From: Alphaproteobacteria bacterium
GTDB lineage: Bacteria; Pseudomonadota; Alphaproteobacteria; MPNO01
Assembly (NCBI GenBank): GCA_965248835.1
Contig: CBDFLJ010000002.1
Coordinates: forward strand, 1,120,001 to 1,184,000
Direction: 5' to 3'
DNA length: 64,000 bases
Under the pieces are notes generated by a model. The model made no database searches, was not told the origin of the DNA, and saw only the letters and a list, made by a program, of their open reading frames with translations. The position numbers and the translations under genes are program-made. Shown piece after piece: positions 19,206 through 27,799 of the stretch. Position 1 is the first letter of the stretch; each line of letters begins with the position of its first letter.

Positions 19206-20494
19206 CGCTCAGCATCATCGCTTTCGTGAGTCTGTTCGCGCTTCTTTTCCTCGAAGTGCCGATCGCCTTTGGCATGGCCGCCGTCGGTTTCGTCGGTTTC
19301 GCCGTCGTGATCGGCATCAATCCCGCGCTCAACCTGGTCGGCCAGATCGCATCCGACACGGTCATGAACTACACGCTGTCCGTCGTGCCGCTGTTCGTGC
19401 TGATGGGAAATTTCGTGACCCAGTCGCGGATCTCGCACGATCTCTACGATGCGTCCAATGCCTTTCTGGGCCATCGGCGCGGTGGGCTCGCGATGGCGAC
19501 GATCGTCGCCTGCGGCGGATTCAGTGCGGTCTGCGGCTCGAGCCTGGCGACGGCCGCAACCATGAGCCGGATCGCCATCCCGTCGATGCGGCGCTTTGGC
19601 TACGCCGACAGCCTGGCGGCGGGATCGGTCGCGGCCGGGGGCACGTTGGGGATCCTTATCCCACCCAGCGTAATCCTCGTCCTTTACGGCGCGATGACGG
19701 AACAGAATGTCGCGGCCCTGTTCGCGGCCGGCATCCTGCCCGGTATCATCGGAATCCTGCTTTATATCGCAGCGATCGCGGCCGCCACGGCGATCAACCC
19801 GGCGCTAGGACCGCGCGCGGATCGAACCAGCTGGGCCGGCCGTTTGCGGGCCCTGACGGGTGTATGGGGCGTGCTGCTGCTGTTTTCGCTGGTCATGGGT
19901 GGGATCTATTTCGGCGTGTTCACCCCGACCGAGGCGGCGGGGATCGGCGCGAGCGGCGCGTTTCTGATCGCAGCGCTGCGCGGCACGTTGACGGTGCGCT
20001 CGACGATTGCCGTCCTGATCGATGCCGCCCGCACGACGGCGATGATGTTCATCGTCCTGATCGGCGCTCTGATTTTCGCCAACTTCATCAATATGGCCCG
20101 GCTGCCGAACATCATCGCGGACTGGGTCCAGGGCCTCGACGCTTCACCGATCGCGGTGATCTTCATCATATTGGCGATATACGTGGTCCTGGGATGCATC
20201 TTGGAGAGCCTGTCCATGATGCTGCTGACCGTGCCGCTGTTCTATCCGATGGTATCGGCGCTTGGATTCGATCTGGTCTGGTTCGGGATCTTCGTCGTCG
20301 TGGCGATCGAGCTCAGCCTCATCACGCCGCCCATCGGGCTGAACGTGTTCATGTTGAAAGCGATGCTGCCGGACGTCGAGACGGCAACGATCTTTCGTGG
20401 CGTCGTTACGTTCATCGTGGCGGATTTCTTCCGGTTGGCAATTCTGGTGTTCTTTCCCGGCCTCGTATTGTTCCTTCCGAGGCTGATGGAATAG
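19202..20494 (+). CDS. dctM: TRAP transporter large permease (DctM)
   Basis: GSSLATAA, GGTLGILIPPS, FTPTEAA, ITPPIG. Confidence 0.93.
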   Translation: MTLSIIAFVSLFALLFLEVPIAFGMAAVGFVGFAVVIGINPALNLVGQIASDTVMNYTLSVVPLFVLMGNFVTQSRISHDLYDASNAFLGHRRGGLAMATIVACGGFSAVCGSSLATAATMSRIAIPSMRRFGYADSLAAGSVAAGGTLGILIPPSVILVLYGAMTEQNVAALFAAGILPGIIGILLYIAAIAAATAINPALGPRADRTSWAGRLRALTGVWGVLLLFSLVMGGIYFGVFTPTEAAGIGASGAFLIAALRGTLTVRSTIAVLIDAARTTAMMFIVLIGALIFANFINMARLPNIIADWVQGLDASPIAVIFIILAIYVVLGCILESLSMMLLTVPLFYPMVSALGFDLVWFGIFVVVAIELSLITPPIGLNVFMLKAMLPDVETATIFRGVVTFIVADFFRLAILVFFPGLVLFLPRLME

Positions 20495-20499
20495 CCCGG

Positions 20500-20680
20500 A
20501 CGACAATGACGACGTGATTCTCATACCCGAATACCGGGATTGTAATTTCGGATATGTGCCGCTGCGCCCCGTCGGGGTTCTTGCCCCGCCGGTCTTCAGC
20601 GTCCAGCGCGCTTGCGTATCCGTCTGTGCCGTCTTGGCCGGCCTGTCGTGCCAGATCTCGGACGTGCTCTCGCCCGGACC
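20500..20680 (-). mobile_element. Degenerate internal fragment of an IS5-family transposase
   Basis: Minus strand reads EIWHDRPAKTAQTDTQARWTLK and, after a frameshift, ITIPVFGYENHVVI, matching the recalled IS5 motif Q(K)DxDARWT.K...FGYKxH. Confidence 0.65.
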
Positions 20681-20879
20681 TGATCGGCGCAACCCCCGCC
20701 GAGCAGAACGACCAGTGGGCGGTCCACAGGGCGCACTACATGACACTGGAAACCATCGCTCCGCTCGGCGAGGATGAATTTATCAAGCTGCCTCCCGTGG
20801 CCGCTTGACCGGACCCGCCTCAATCCGCCGGACACCGCGTGGTGCTCGATGCTGCTACGCCACAACGCGGGACACGATC
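20680..20879 (+). mobile_element. 3' remnant of an IS256-family element with right terminal repeat
   Basis: LIGATPAEQNDQWAVHRAHYMTLETIAPL...LPPVAA* (stop 20808) resembles the IS256/ISRm3 transposase C-terminus; ends CTACGCCACAACGCGGGACACGATC, like IS256 termini. Confidence 0.75.
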
Positions 20880-20896
20880 AGCAGAGGAGTTTCCAA

Positions 20897-21635
20897 ATGA
20901 TGCGCTACATGCTCCTTTTCACAATTTCGTTGCTGGCGAGCGGCGCCTGTTGCGAAGCCGTGGCCGAGACCTGCGCCACAGGAGAAATCAGGATCAACGC
21001 TCCGGGGCTGTCCGCCTCCGAAGAGGTCGCGTTCCGTGAGCGCTTCGCCGTTGCGGCAGAAAGAGTCTGCGCATGGTGGGGGCCGTCATGGACGGGGGCT
21101 TCGAAATCGATGTCGAGGACAATCGCGGCCCGTCCATGGCGCTGCTGCCTGCTTGGCGCGGGAACCGCGGCCGCATGATCTTCCGTGCTCCCACCGTACG
21201 CCGCGCCGCCTCGGCCATCATCCACGAAGTCACGCATGTCACGGCGCCGAACGCGAACCGGTTCCTCGCGGAGGGTCTTGCGGTCTACGCACAGAAAAAA
21301 TTGCGGGGCCAGGCCGCCTACCCCAATTTCGGCCGCGATCTGCACCGACGGGCATCGACGTTCGCCAGGGCGGCTGACATACCGACATTGGAGCGCCACG
21401 CGACGCCGAAGCGGCTTCGGTCCGACACACTTCGGGCGGGACGTATATCGTCGCCGGATCTTTCATCAGGTACCTGATCGAGACCTACGGGTTCGAAAAG
21501 TTCCGCGCCTTATACGCCTTGACGCCGCTGGTCTCCCGGGCGCGAGACGCCGGTGATCCGGTACGTTGGGAACCGGTCTATGGAAAATCATTATCGGCTC
21601 TCGCGCGGGACTGGGAACGGATGCTCCAAAAATAG
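20897..21635 (+). pseudogene. Secreted gluzincin/peptidase MA-like gene with two frameshifts
   Basis: GAGGAG RBS and signal peptide in frame 1; HEVTH..EGLAVY in frame 2; AGSFIRYLIETYG...DWERMLQK* in frame 3; shifts near 21094-21098 and ~21435-21441. Confidence 0.75.
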
Positions 21636-21770
21636 TCCCGGGACGTTGCGGTGAAACAAAGCCCGGTACATTGAGGCGGACCGCTTCACCCCATCAACGC
21701 AAGTGACCTTGCGGACCGGGGCGGGCCATGCATTTTCTCATGTGGCCGCCCGGGACGGATCCGATATCGC

Positions 21771-21797
21771 GAAGAAGGGGCCACCGGCCCCTTCTTC
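21771..21797 (-). terminator. Hairpin, probable terminator of the BMP-family gene
   Basis: Perfect 12-bp stem GAAGAAGGGGCC-acc-GGCCCCTTCTTC just past the minus-strand stop. Confidence 0.55.
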
Positions 21798-21824
21798 CGT
21801 TACCGGCGTTTCTTGAAGCTGGGA

Positions 21825-22796
21825 TCAGCGGATCTTGGGCAGGTCCTCGACCTTGCCGGCGATGATGTCGGCGATGAGCCGCTTGATCTTCATCTTGTCG
21901 GCGTCCGGGATCCGGTTTTCGAACTTGTAATAGGGTGCAAGGCCGAGCGCGTTCTCCTTGAAGCCCAGCAGGTAGTTCTTCGGCTCGATGGTGCCGGCAA
22001 CCACTTTCCCCAGCACGTGGTCGATGGCGACGTCCATATTGACCAGCGCGGTGCTGAGGATGGTGTCGGGCGCGAGCCCCGCGGAGTCGAAGAAAGTGCC
22101 GATCGCCATCACGCCCGCCTCCTTGGCGGCGTTGATCGTGCCCATCACCGACTCGTTGCCCTGCGCGGTCACCACGTCGGCTTTGCGCTCGATCATGGCG
22201 ACGGTGATCTCCTTGCCCTTGGCGGCATCGGTGAACGAGCCGACATAGGCGGAGAGCACCTTGATGTCCGGGCGCATCCGCTTGGCGCCGCGCTCGAAGC
22301 CGTCGGCATATTCCTGGATGACCGGGACCGGGATGCCGCCGACGGTGCCGATCACTCCGGTCTTGCTGGCCAAGGCAGCCAGCGCACCGGCGACATAGCC
22401 CGCATCGCCCAGCCGCACATCGAGCGAGGCGAGGTTGGGTGGGGCCGAGGCCTTGACCATGGTCACCAGGAACCACGTCTTGGGAAACTGCTTGTGGATC
22501 TTCGCTGCCGACTCGGCGAACTGGAACCCGTGGGCGATGATCACGTCGTAGCCGGCGCGCCCGTAACTGACCAGCGCCTCGTCGATCGCAGCGACCGAAG
22601 TGTTCTCCTGCATCGAGACCGAGATGTCGTAGTTCTTCCTGGCCATCTCGATGCCCTTGTGGGCGGCCGAGTTGAAAGTCCCATCGGTAATCGGGCCCGG
22701 CAGGACCAGGGCGACCTTGAGCGTCCTGGCTTGCGGCGCGGCCAGCACCGGCACCAGCAGGATCAACGCGGCAAACGCGAGCTTTTTGATTTTCAT
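21825..22796 (-). CDS. BMP family ABC transporter substrate-binding protein (nucleoside/purine-like)
   Basis: PGPITDGTFN, HGFQF, GYVAGALAA, GSFTD..KGKE; GGAGG RBS. Confidence 0.88.
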   Translation of the reverse strand: MKIKKLAFAALILLVPVLAAPQARTLKVALVLPGPITDGTFNSAAHKGIEMARKNYDISVSMQENTSVAAIDEALVSYGRAGYDVIIAHGFQFAESAAKIHKQFPKTWFLVTMVKASAPPNLASLDVRLGDAGYVAGALAALASKTGVIGTVGGIPVPVIQEYADGFERGAKRMRPDIKVLSAYVGSFTDAAKGKEITVAMIERKADVVTAQGNESVMGTINAAKEAGVMAIGTFFDSAGLAPDTILSTALVNMDVAIDHVLGKVVAGTIEPKNYLLGFKENALGLAPYYKFENRIPDADKMKIKRLIADIIAGKVEDLPKIR

Positions 22797-22910
22797 CGGT
22801 GATCCTCCATCTCGCGAGCGTTCAAATGCTTGGATCGCACGAGTCAGGCTACAGTCAGGTTTCCCGATGGGCAAGCGGAGCCGCCGGGCAGCGCGATGGC
22901 GCGGGTGCGC

Positions 22911-24080
22911 TTAGCGCCTTGCGACCGGCTCGCCCCACAGGATGTACTCGATCGCCGGGCCGATCCTCTCGAAGGGACCGAGCTCCTCGATATCCTCGCC
23001 AGCCAGCAGCGGGACTTCGAGCGTCTTGAATTCGGGCGCGGTTACCACCAGCCGGGCGATCGGATCGCCCTTGTTGATCGGGGCCGGCACCGGACCGGCA
23101 TAGGCAATCACCGCCTTGAGCTTGCTGCGTGCGCGGCGTTGCAGCGTGATCTTGATGTCCTGCTCGGCGATTAGACGCACGAGATCCCGTTTGCCCAGCC
23201 ATACGCCGGCCGCGCCGACCACCGCGCCCTTCTCGAACAGGGCATAGTTGCGGAACCGGCGGAAGGCGAAATCCATCAGCCGGCGCGATTCCCGCGCTCG
23301 CTTGCGCGCGGTCGGCAGGCCGGCGAGGACCAGGATGATGCGCCGGCCATCGCGGGCCGCCGATCCCGCCAAGCCGTATCCTGCAGCCGCGGTGTAGCCG
23401 GTCTTGAGCCCGTCGGCCCCGCCATCGCGGTACAGCAGCGGGTTGCGGTTGCCCTGCTTGATGCCGCCGTGCGCGAAGCTCTTTTCGGCGAACAGAGGAT
23501 AGTATTCGGGGAATTCCTCGATGATCCGCTGCGACAGGATCGCGATGTCGCGCGCGCTCATCAGATGGCCCTCCTCAGGCCAGCCGGTCGCGTTGTGGAA
23601 GGTGCTGTTGCGCAGACCGATCTCGCGCCCGCGCTCGTTCATCTGCTCGGCGAACCGTTCCTCGCTGCCGGCGATTCCCTCGGCCAGGACGATGCAGGCG
23701 TCGTTGCCCGACTGGACGATGATGCCGCGCAGCAGATCCTCGACGCGGACCTGCTTGTTGATCATCACGAACATCTTCGAGCCGCCCTTGCGCCATGCCT
23801 TCCGGCTGACCAGGAACTTGTCGTCCATGCTCAGCCTTCCGTCCTTGAGCTGTTCGAAGGCCATGTAGACGGTCATCAGCTTGCTCATCGACGCCGGCGG
23901 GATCGGCGTGTCGGCGTCGCGCTCCAGCAGCACCGTGCCGGTCTCGGCATCGAGCAGGATCGCGTGCTTGGCGGTGGTCTGGAAGGATGCGGCCGGCGCC
24001 GGGCGAATCTGGACCGCAAGACACAGCGCAAGCGCCGCCGTGACGGCAAGCAGTCGCCGGTTGTGAAGCCCAGATCTCAT
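22911..24080 (-). CDS. dacA: D-alanyl-D-alanine carboxypeptidase (peptidase S11)
   Basis: PASMSK (SxxK), SGNDA (SxN), KTG; signal peptide; C-terminal PBP5 domain. Confidence 0.92.
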   Translation of the reverse strand: MRSGLHNRRLLAVTAALALCLAVQIRPAPAASFQTTAKHAILLDAETGTVLLERDADTPIPPASMSKLMTVYMAFEQLKDGRLSMDDKFLVSRKAWRKGGSKMFVMINKQVRVEDLLRGIIVQSGNDACIVLAEGIAGSEERFAEQMNERGREIGLRNSTFHNATGWPEEGHLMSARDIAILSQRIIEEFPEYYPLFAEKSFAHGGIKQGNRNPLLYRDGGADGLKTGYTAAAGYGLAGSAARDGRRIILVLAGLPTARKRARESRRLMDFAFRRFRNYALFEKGAVVGAAGVWLGKRDLVRLIAEQDIKITLQRRARSKLKAVIAYAGPVPAPINKGDPIARLVVTAPEFKTLEVPLLAGEDIEELGPFERIGPAIEYILWGEPVARR

Positions 24081-24358
24081 CGCGGCAGCCTCCTCACGGG
24101 TCACCCTCTCACCGAGTCAAAATATCTGTAGCCGATTCTGGGACCGCCGGGTAGCTTCGCCACTCATGGACGATTCGGGCTTCCCCGACCCATTTGATCG
24201 CGCATTCCCTTCCCGGACGCATCGGATCGGTTTTTCGGTCGGGCAAGCCGTTTCCGACACCCGTACCTTCCGCAGCCACCATCCTTCGATCACCGACGGC
24301 CCGCACCGGACGGCTCCCGGCTGTCCGGCCGCACGGCGCCCAAGACAAGGCGAACGCG

Positions 24359-25165
24359 ATGTATGACCCCGATGACATCTTCCCGCTGATCGGCCGCCCG
24401 GCGTCCGCCGCAGGCGTTCCCATCGCGCTGATATTCGACCAGCCTTCGACCCGCACCGACATGTCCTTTCGTCTGGCCTGCCACGCCATCGGGGCGATCC
24501 CCGATCCGAAGCCCATGGGGATGTCAAGCATGGCCAAGGGCGAAACCCTGACGCACACCTTCCAGGCGCTCGCCGACATGGGCTATGCCGCGATCGTCTA
24601 CCGCGGCTATGGAACCTACGAGGAGCCCGGCATACCGGTGATCAACGCCGGCAACAAGGGAGAACATCCGACCCAGGCGCTGATCGACCTCTATACCGCC
24701 GAGTGCGCGCTCGGCAAGACCGAGGGCATTCGGGTGCGCCTGGAGGGCGATAGTTCGAGCCGGGTGGCCCAGTCGGTCACCGACCTGTTCCGCCGGCGCG
24801 GCCATCGGGTGATGATCGACTATCAGTGCGACCCGCCGCTCGAAGACCCTGACCGGCTGAACTACGACATTCTGATGGTCTTCCGCTGGCAGGACGGCCG
24901 CCCGGCGGAACGGCCCATCTCGCGCATTCCGCCCGGCATCCGCCTGATGGCGCCAGGTCCGGTGATCGACGAGATCGATCACGGCCTGATCAGCATGCCC
25001 CAATCGCTTATCCGCGAGCAGGTGAGGAACGCGGTTAAAGTCCGCGCCGCGGTCATCCTGTGGGAGCTGGACCGCGCCCAGCGGCTGCGCGAGCTTTCAC
25101 TTCCCGAGATTGACGTGCTCCATCGGCCCGATCAGGCCGCGGTGCGAGAGATCGCGGCCCACTGA
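24359..25165 (+). CDS. Compact aspartate carbamoyltransferase-like protein
   Basis: PSTRT, SSMAKGET, NAG..EHPTQAL.D, SRVAQS, RWQ, APGP; 268 aa; start uncertain. Confidence 0.75.
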   Translation: MYDPDDIFPLIGRPASAAGVPIALIFDQPSTRTDMSFRLACHAIGAIPDPKPMGMSSMAKGETLTHTFQALADMGYAAIVYRGYGTYEEPGIPVINAGNKGEHPTQALIDLYTAECALGKTEGIRVRLEGDSSSRVAQSVTDLFRRRGHRVMIDYQCDPPLEDPDRLNYDILMVFRWQDGRPAERPISRIPPGIRLMAPGPVIDEIDHGLISMPQSLIREQVRNAVKVRAAVILWELDRAQRLRELSLPEIDVLHRPDQAAVREIAAH

Positions 25166-25230
25166 GGGGGCAAGCGCGCGATCTGGCGCGGCGTTCATCG
25201 CCCCGGCGGTCGTTTGAGGGCGGCTGAGGG

Positions 25231-25671
25231 TTACGTGCCGGCGATCGCCTCGCGCACCCGTGCGGAGTCCTCTTTCTTTTCGATCAGCGGCAGCTTGGCC
25301 TTGGCGTAGGTGTGCTTCTCCTTGAGCTTGCCGTTCTCGAAATGGAGGATGTCGAGGCCGCGCCAGCCGCCCGATCGCTCCTCGGTCTCGATCGTCAGGA
25401 GCCAGCGGATCAGTGCCTTTCCGGCGGCGACGTCGAGGAACATGTCCTCGGTGTGAAAGCGCAGCTTGCCGTAATCGCCGCGGAACTGCGGGACGAACGC
25501 CTGTTGGATCGCTTCCCTGCCGTGGTGGCGCACGCCGTGAAATTCGTCATAGATCGCATCCTCGGCGAAATACGACATCACCTCCTCGATGTTCTCGCGG
25601 TTGAAGGCCTCTGTGAAATCGACCACCAGCGCCGCGAGCGCCGCCCGGTCCGTGCTGTCGTTGGATGTCAT
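25231..25671 (-). CDS. SnoaL/NTF2-like protein
   Basis: AFNREN..MSYFAEDAIY, GREAI, GLDILHFENGKLKEK. Confidence 0.85.
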   Translation of the reverse strand: MTSNDSTDRAALAALVVDFTEAFNRENIEEVMSYFAEDAIYDEFHGVRHHGREAIQQAFVPQFRGDYGKLRFHTEDMFLDVAAGKALIRWLLTIETEERSGGWRGLDILHFENGKLKEKHTYAKAKLPLIEKKEDSARVREAIAGT

Positions 25672-26447
25672 CGTCTTTGCTCCAGTTCTGACGGGGCCGA
25701 ACCGTCCCCGGTCACCGCCGGTTCATCGCCGCGCGGCCATCGCCGGCCGAGCACGACCAGCGCATCGACCGCCACCGGATCCGCGCCGGTGACGATCATC
25801 GGGTTGACGTCGATCTGCTCGATCTCGGGGTGATCGAGGCCGATCCTGCCCAGCGCGACGATCGACCTGGTGAGCGCGGCCAGATCGACCGCCGGCATGC
25901 CGCGGATGGCCTCGAGCAGCTTGTGCCCCCTGATGCTCCGGACCATTTCCAGCGCATCGCGCTTGCGCACGGGCGCGATGCGGAACACAACGTCTTCGAG
26001 AACCTCGGTGAAGATGCCGCCAAGGCCGAACATGACCGATGGTCCGAACTGCTCGTCGCGGATCATCCCGATCGCGACCTCGCGCTCGCCTCTGATCATC
26101 TGCTGGACCAGGAAGCCGCCGGTAAACGCCGGCCCGGCGCGTTGGTTGATGGTGCGGAAGGCATCGCCCAGCGCCCTGTCCGAGCTGAGATTGACCGCGA
26201 CCAGACCCTTTTCCGTCTTATGGGTCGCTTCCGCTGCACATGCCTTCAGCACGACCGGATAGCCGAGTGTCTTTGCTGCGTCCCTGGCCTGTGCAAGCCG
26301 GCTCACCAGCACCTCACGGGTCACCGGGATGGCGTAGGCGGCAAGAATCCGCTTGCTGTCGTACTCCGAAAGCGTGCGCTCGCCGCGGGATTTCGCCGCA
26401 TCGATGACTGCGGCCGCTTGTCTTGCGGCGTCGCTTCGCCCCGCCAT
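25668..26447 (-). CDS. ADP-forming acyl-CoA synthetase beta subunit (stand-alone ATP-grasp domain)
   Basis: LSEYDSK, GYPVVLK, HKTEKGLV, D.QFGP..MFGLGG, DVNP. Confidence 0.88.
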   Translation of the reverse strand: MAGRSDAARQAAAVIDAAKSRGERTLSEYDSKRILAAYAIPVTREVLVSRLAQARDAAKTLGYPVVLKACAAEATHKTEKGLVAVNLSSDRALGDAFRTINQRAGPAFTGGFLVQQMIRGEREVAIGMIRDEQFGPSVMFGLGGIFTEVLEDVVFRIAPVRKRDALEMVRSIRGHKLLEAIRGMPAVDLAALTRSIVALGRIGLDHPEIEQIDVNPMIVTGADPVAVDALVVLGRRWPRGDEPAVTGDGSAPSELEQRR

Positions 26448-26469
26448 CGAAGCCGGTCCGGCGGCCGGC

Positions 26470-27468
26470 TCAGCCGGCCTTGCCCGTGGTCAGCACGATC
26501 TTGCCGATCGATTTGCGCTGGCCGAACAGCGTGATCGCCTTCTGGAAGTCTTCCAGCGGATAGGTGGCGGTGATCGCCGGACGGATCTCGCCCTTGACGC
26601 ACATCTCCAGGACCTCGGCGACGACCTTCTCCATGGTCTCGGGCACGTAGCGGAAGTGCAGGTCGAGCGATACGCCGGCCATGGTCAGGTTCTTGACGTT
26701 GAAATAGCCGACCTTGGCCTCGGGGATGCGGCCGGCCGCGAAGCCGATGGCGACGATCCGCCCGGCGAAGGCAAGCGTGCGGATGGCGGCATCGAACACG
26801 TCGCCGCCGACCGGATCGAGCACGATGTCCACGCCCCTGCCGTCGGTCACGGCGAAGATCTGCTCACGCAGGGACTCGCGCAGGTCGCCGACCGACAGGT
26901 CGATCGTATGATCGGCACCGTTGGCCTTCGCCAGCGCGTTTTTCTCCTCGGAAATATCCGCCGCGAGCACGACCGCGCCCTTGGCCTTGGCGATCTGGAC
27001 GGCCGCCAGCCCGACACCGCCGGAGGCGCCCAGCACCAGCACGGTCTCGCCCGGCTGATACTGACCGCGGATCATCAAGGACACATAGGCGGTGTTGTAG
27101 ATGGTCGTCATTCCCGCCCCGGTGATGAAATCGATGCCCTCGGGCAGCGGGAAACACCGCGATTCCGGAGCAACGACCTGTTCGGCATAGGCGCCGGTCG
27201 GGACGAGGACCGCGACCCTGTCGCCGACCTTGACCTTGGTGATCTTCTCGCCAATCGCGGTGACGATCCCGGCGGCGTCGCGGCCGGGAACGAAGGGGCG
27301 CTGGGGCTTGGTCTGATAAAGACCCTGCATCATCAAGGTGTCGGGGAAGTTGACGCCGATTGCGTGGACCTCGACCAGCACTTCCTGCGGTCCGGGTCTG
27401 GGGTCGGGCACCTCCTCGAGCTTGTGGCTTTCCAGCGGCCCGAATTCGTGGATGAGGACACCGCGCAC
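26470..27468 (-). CDS. NADPH:quinone oxidoreductase family (MDR/zeta-crystallin)
   Basis: GVNFPD, GASGGVG, DPVGG, GFAAG, GKIVL; probable GTG start after GGAGG. Confidence 0.88.
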   Translation of the reverse strand: MRGVLIHEFGPLESHKLEEVPDPRPGPQEVLVEVHAIGVNFPDTLMMQGLYQTKPQRPFVPGRDAAGIVTAIGEKITKVKVGDRVAVLVPTGAYAEQVVAPESRCFPLPEGIDFITGAGMTTIYNTAYVSLMIRGQYQPGETVLVLGASGGVGLAAVQIAKAKGAVVLAADISEEKNALAKANGADHTIDLSVGDLRESLREQIFAVTDGRGVDIVLDPVGGDVFDAAIRTLAFAGRIVAIGFAAGRIPEAKVGYFNVKNLTMAGVSLDLHFRYVPETMEKVVAEVLEMCVKGEIRPAITATYPLEDFQKAITLFGQRKSIGKIVLTTGKAG

Positions 27469-27799
27469 TGTTCTTGCCTCCGATCTTTCCGGGCCACCAT
27501 CGGCCGCATCGTTTTCGGTGGGCGACATCCCCGGCGGAGTGATCCACCGCGCGCGCGCACCGTTTGGTTCAAAGAGGCGGACTCTGGCTCAACGAGGCGG
27601 ATCGATCACGCCCCCAGCCCTGCCGCACAACGAAATTTCCGGCAAAATATCATCGCCATACGCGGCATGAAAGCCTCAAACAAGCGCCGCCCGAACAGGT
27701 TCGGGGACCCGCTTGACCCCGGTCGGCATCCTATCGACTATCGCGTCAATGAACGCCGGGCCGGGTTCCGGCCGAAGCGACAAGGATGGGGTAAAGGCA

